NCBI GenBank assembly: GCA_043826135.1
Contig: JBDRQT010000040.1
Span: forward strand, 993-64,992
Direction: 5' to 3'
DNA: 64,000 bases
Source of the DNA: an archaeon
GTDB taxonomy: Archaea > Nanobdellota > Nanobdellia > Woesearchaeales > GW2011-AR15
Made by a program: the position numbers and the translations under genes. Positions 62,868-64,000 of this stretch are shown here, in pieces. Positions within the stretch are counted from its first letter, which is position 1; each line of letters opens with the position of its first letter. Under the pieces are notes generated by a model. It saw only the letters and a program-made list of their open reading frames with translations, had not been told where the DNA came from and searched no databases.

Positions 62868-64000
62868 ACTTGCTGACCTATTATATAGAGGCTTATCTTT
62901 TTTGGGCCTACTGGCTCACTACTGGGAACTCTGACTCTGATATCAATTTGTGCTTCATCCTTTGTATCAATATAATTCAGATTTGAGATGATTGTCTTAT
63001 TCTGGCTTGAAATGATTGACAGGTTAGTCCAACTGGTAGTTGAGCCTGAATAATTAAATGAACCAGATTCTGTTGTCATGTTGTCTGCCTTAAACTGCAG
63101 ATATTCTGTGTCTGCGCCGACAGTCTCCCACATAGATGCATTGATGCTCACCCAGGTGATGTTTGCAACAATGTTTCCGTCGTTCCTTACCACAAGCGGC
63201 CCTCCTAAGGTGTCAGTATCTGCTGTTGCATTGAGGCCAAGAGTTCCGAAGTTAACCGAGTTATTTACCATTGTTAGGATCAGGGCTGTGTTCAGAGTAA
63301 AATTCCAGGTATCTGACCACTCCCCATAATCTATCCCGTCAAAGGCTCTTACTTTCCAGTAATATATGCAGTCAAGCGGAAGTTCAGCTCCAGGAGTGAA
63401 ATTTAGGATTGTGATATTACTGAATTCACCTATATCCGGGCAAGCTGCTGAAGTTATGTTTATCGAATAATTTAGCGGATACCCTTCAGGGTCAGTTGAT
63501 GCCTGCCAGTACATTGACGGAGGATTCTGATAGATTGACAGGTTGCCGTTGCTTGGTGATAGGAGAGTCACTTTCGAAGGTGCGTTGTTTGCAATTGTAA
63601 CTGCGCTTGAATTCTTAGTCTCTCCGTCTGAATAGCCGTCGTTTGGGGTTACTGAGCAGAGCCAGTCGTCGTTAGTTGATGTTTCGTTCCTAACTAGGAT
63701 ACTAGTGGATTTTCCTGATAAACCTGCCTGGTAGTCTGCCAAGATTTGTTCTTGAGATAATGAAGAATTATAGATTTTTACTTCGTCTATTGAGCCATTG
63801 AAATTATTATTACCAGCTGTAATACTTCCTGATCCAATTACCAGATTACCACTCCATACCCTTGAATTATTTAGTTGTCCGTTCACATATACTTTATGTT
63901 GTCCGGTGTTGTTATCGTATGTTGCAGTGATATGGTACCAGATTCCTAAGGTTAAATTATTACTATTTGTTAATGCTAGGTAGCTTTGACCTGATGTTGT
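62864..64000 (-). CDS. Secreted LamG + beta-sandwich surface protein, 5' end cut by the window edge (paralog of 1..1490)
   Basis: The frame is open from the track start (GTG 63886) up to nt 64000; translated upstream it reads '..GIWYHITATYDNNTGQHKVYVNGQL', a LamG core. 'GSIDEVKIYNSSLSQEQILADYQAG' and 'DDWLCSVTPNDGYSDGETKNSSAVTI' match 1..1490. ATGA overlap with 61494..62867. Confidence 0.7.
   Translation of the reverse strand, partial: TTSGQSYLALTNSNNLTLGIWYHITATYDNNTGQHKVYVNGQLNNSRVWSGNLVIGSGSITAGNNNFNGSIDEVKIYNSSLSQEQILADYQAGLSGKSTSILVRNETSTNDDWLCSVTPNDGYSDGETKNSSAVTIANNAPSKVTLLSPSNGNLSIYQNPPSMYWQASTDPEGYPLNYSINITSAACPDIGEFSNITILNFTPGAELPLDCIYYWKVRAFDGIDYGEWSDTWNFTLNTALILTMVNNSVNFGTLGLNATADTDTLGGPLVVRNDGNIVANITWVSINASMWETVGADTEYLQFKADNMTTESGSFNYSGSTTSWTNLSIISSQNKTIISNLNYIDTKDEAQIDIRVRVPSSEPVGPKKISLYIIGQQV

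Noticed and set aside
1-64000. Search by eye for tRNA (GTTCGAATC-type T-loops), rRNA, transposase/integrase genes and terminal inverted repeats
   Set aside because: None found. The inverted similarity at the window ends is protein-coding paralogy of moderate divergence, not IS-element termini. A tRNAscan/Infernal run would be needed to exclude divergent or split tRNAs.

Overview
This is an AT-rich, very compact archaeal chromosome segment with about 65 protein genes and little non-coding DNA. Many adjacent genes share a 4-nt ATGA stop/start overlap, and several convergent genes overlap at their 3' ends. Archaeal origin is shown directly by TFB, aRF1, aIF5A, r-protein L40e, Taw1 and a Trm11-like enzyme, and by TTTATATA-type boxes centred about 27 nt upstream of apparently leaderless ATGs. 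Small proteins, a class-I (bacterial-type) GAPDH and giant surface proteins rich in N-x-S/T sequons suggest a small-genome DPANN-like symbiont; that placement is inference. Recognisable content falls into several groups. Central metabolism: gdhA, gap, pgk, ppsA and a DASS transporter. Translation and RNA modification: cysS, aRF1, aIF5A, L40e, Taw1, and Trm11-like, SpoU-like and METTL5-like enzymes. A cysteine-centred operon: ParB/Srx-like, CysK, PIG-L deacetylase, a membrane protein and CysRS. There are also duplicated alpha/beta-hydrolase + DUF457 modules, transporters, and large adhesin-like proteins. I found no rRNA, tRNA, CRISPR array, transposase or integrase. The most unusual locus is one apparently single operon at 28.4-37.3 kb, tightly spaced upstream and overlap-coupled from 29642 onward. 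It encodes two membrane proteins, a Cys-rich surface protein, a fused double ECF-type ABC ATPase, six tandem paralogous ~188-aa S-component-like membrane proteins with an invariant basic C-terminal tail, and one EcfT. Other points worth follow-up: inverted paralogous two-gene surface cassettes at both window edges; a stand-alone PEP-utilising-enzyme ATP-grasp protein; an aRF1 with NIKD in place of NIKS; a short helical module shared by three membrane proteins; an unannotated L40e gene and a small RHH gene; and two GC-rich structured intergenic elements. All homology calls rest on motif recognition by eye. No searches were run.
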